The position numbers and the translations under genes are program-made. The notes below the pieces were generated by a model. It worked only from the letters and a program-made list of their open reading frames with translations, made no database searches and was not told where the DNA came from. DNA of 64,000 nucleotides, from the NCBI GenBank assembly GCA_001179505.1, contig CDMY01000391.1, positions 25,272 through 89,271 on the forward strand, in the 5' to 3' direction. This stretch comes from Vitrella brassicaformis CCMP3155. Taxonomy: Eukaryota > Protista > Chromerida. Positions 62,173 through 64,000 of the stretch are shown here, piece by piece. The first letter of the stretch is position 1, and each line of letters begins with the position of its first letter.

Positions 62173-62399
62173 GGACAAAGAGGGGGCGTCCCATACAACA
62201 GCTGTACGACGAGGGAGGCTTTGATCTGCTGGCCGTCTCGCTGCCTATTGATCGCTATTTCTATGTCACTCCCATGAAAGTGCTGGTGCAAAGGGGCCTC
62301 GCAAATAGCAGGACAGACGTGCGCATGCTGTTTGTGAGCACGGGATGTGCTCGACATAACACGATGATTGGATCTGTGCGTGCGTCGGATTGGATGAAG
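62173..62399 (+). other. Duplicated C-terminal segment of the nuclease gene, as a candidate exon
   Basis: GTKRGRPIQQLYDEGGFDLLAVSLPIDRYFYVTPM parallels KSAGRKGGRYTWQLYDEGDFDLLAVSLPGGRYAYLIPM. Flanked by a TTTTTCAAG acceptor and a GTATGT donor. Confidence 0.6.
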
Positions 62400-62661
62400 G
62401 TATGTGTAAGGGAACATGCAGATCTGTCAAAACAGTCGAACACCTGCAACCACTGTCCATGTCTCAAGACACACGCACACACACACATCGATAGGTGCAA
62501 GTGCCTGTGTGTGTGATGAACGCGTCTGTCAATGTATACGGCTGTAAGAAGACAGGCGAAATGGATGCGAGAATCGAATCGTTGTGCAGAGACACACAGG
62601 CAGACGTACATGTTCTCCCATCTCAGCGAGTGAGATGGGATATACGCCCTTCCACTGGCTG

Positions 62662-63792
62662 CTATCCATGTTCTGTCTGCCCTCCACTCTCATCATCACT
62701 GTCGCTGTCGCTCTCCGCCCCTGGCTCTTCATTCTCCTCTGACCACACCTTGCTGCCCAACTCACCCCCACAGACACCCATCACCGCACCACGTGTCCGT
62801 GTGTATGGACACTCTTCGGTCGTGTGCACTTGAATGCCCACCGATCCGTACACACGCCGACCGTCATTTAGCTCTAGATACACCACAACAACCGCCGCCA
62901 CCTCAGTGTCCGCCAGCAGCACATATCGGCTGTGCCAGGTGGGCTCCGTCTCGGTCTTGGCATCGAAAACGTGACACCCCTCAACTGGCCCGGCAGGCGA
63001 TTCCGTCAGCAAGGCCACGCACCGACGATAGCAGGACGATTCAGACAACAAGGACCGCCACGTCTTGCAACGGCTGCGGAGCCGCTCATCAGCCCGCAGC
63101 AGGCAGTCGCCGACCATGCAGCTCAGTGAGCGGAACGTCACTCGAAACTGAGGATACCGTGCCGACGGGTTATGCGGGTCGAATGCGTCAAGAAAAGGGG
63201 CATAGGGGATCGTCCGCAGCTGGAAGGGGTGGAAGCCACTGCTCGTGAAGTCAGCCAGCCGATCATTGCCCTCCAGCAGCCGCTGGCCGTCAACCACCGC
63301 TTCCCTACCAATCACACTCAGCTGTCTCATGGCCTCTGGGGCGGTCAGGAATGACTGCCGCCCTGCCCTTCTGCTGACATGGTCGAAACTCGCCTCACCC
63401 AGCACCAGTGGCTCGCCGCGGAGCAACCGCATGACCACCAGATGCGGCCGCCATCTGACCCACTCGCCGCCATGCTCCAGCACAAACAGCCGCCTCAGCA
63501 CACGGGGCAGCTCGTCAGACACGCTCAGCCACGCCGCCCCGTCGCTGCGGCTGCGCCGATGGTGGGGGCCCTCGATGGCCGCCACACGCAGCAGCTCAGC
63601 GCCGAGGTTCATGTGAGTGTCGATAGCCTTTGAGAGGCGGCTGGTGAAGTAGGCACCATCGATTGGGTGCTCTGTGGCGACAATGAAGTCGGTCTTGACC
63701 AGCCGGAGGGTCAAGGCGTCATCGGTGTCCAGCAGGTCGGCCAGCAGCGGATGTAGAGAGGAGGGGATGCCGGAAATGGGGGAGGCGGCCAT
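62662..63792 (-). CDS. Intronless, divergent family member F
   Basis: LLDTDDALTLRLV (F-box-like), FDPHNP (cf. HDPP), RCVALLTESPAGPVEGC (cf. RLDGLLTQSPHTPVAGC), RYVLL (cf. RWLVL) and HTTEE (cf. TTEAP), with an acidic C-terminus. Confidence 0.7.
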   Translation of the reverse strand: MAASPISGIPSSLHPLLADLLDTDDALTLRLVKTDFIVATEHPIDGAYFTSRLSKAIDTHMNLGAELLRVAAIEGPHHRRSRSDGAAWLSVSDELPRVLRRLFVLEHGGEWVRWRPHLVVMRLLRGEPLVLGEASFDHVSRRAGRQSFLTAPEAMRQLSVIGREAVVDGQRLLEGNDRLADFTSSGFHPFQLRTIPYAPFLDAFDPHNPSARYPQFRVTFRSLSCMVGDCLLRADERLRSRCKTWRSLLSESSCYRRCVALLTESPAGPVEGCHVFDAKTETEPTWHSRYVLLADTEVAAVVVVYLELNDGRRVYGSVGIQVHTTEECPYTRTRGAVMGVCGGELGSKVWSEENEEPGAESDSDSDDESGGQTEHG

Positions 63793-64000
63793 GGGAAGAT
63801 GGAGTCGAAAAACGCGGAGACCTCTTTTCGAAAGGGCTAGGGGACTGTTTCTGTAGCCTGCGAGGGACAAAAGTGTAAGAATAGGTGGGAGAGAGTCGGG
63901 GAGAATGGTGAAGAGAGGATCTGCCGGGCGGTCAGTCCCGGATAAAGGATTAAGTCAATGCAACGTAAGGTCTGTGGATTTTGTGGAGAGTCCACGTAGG

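Overview
Eukaryotic, GC-rich, intron-dense DNA. Most introns are filled with (CA)n, (GACA)n, (GGAT)n or (GGCA)n microsatellites, and there are four 300-N scaffold gaps. Composition, intron style and gene families suggest the chromerid alga Vitrella brassicaformis (inference, not checked). About 22 spliced genes or gene fragments could be reconstructed by hand: three CCCH zinc-finger genes (one Unkempt-like with an SH3 domain), OGFOD2 plus a partial duplicate, two secreted proteins, a BSD-domain gene, phospholipase B-like, two degenerate importin-alpha/ARM genes, CKS1 and an oocyst-wall-protein-like gene. Six members of a lineage-specific family share an F-box-like motif and a common core, and two of them carry a degenerate cyclin fold. 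The most unusual loci are (1) a papain/cathepsin-B-like protease spliced in frame to ankyrin repeats, possibly preceded by a signal peptide and cystatin-like domains, (2) the cyclin-fused family members, and (3) a putative mitochondrion-targeted tandem PD-(D/E)XK nuclease interrupted by an amber codon. No rRNA, tRNA, CRISPR array or transposase/RT was recognised. All gene models are manual, and 5' ends are often uncertain.
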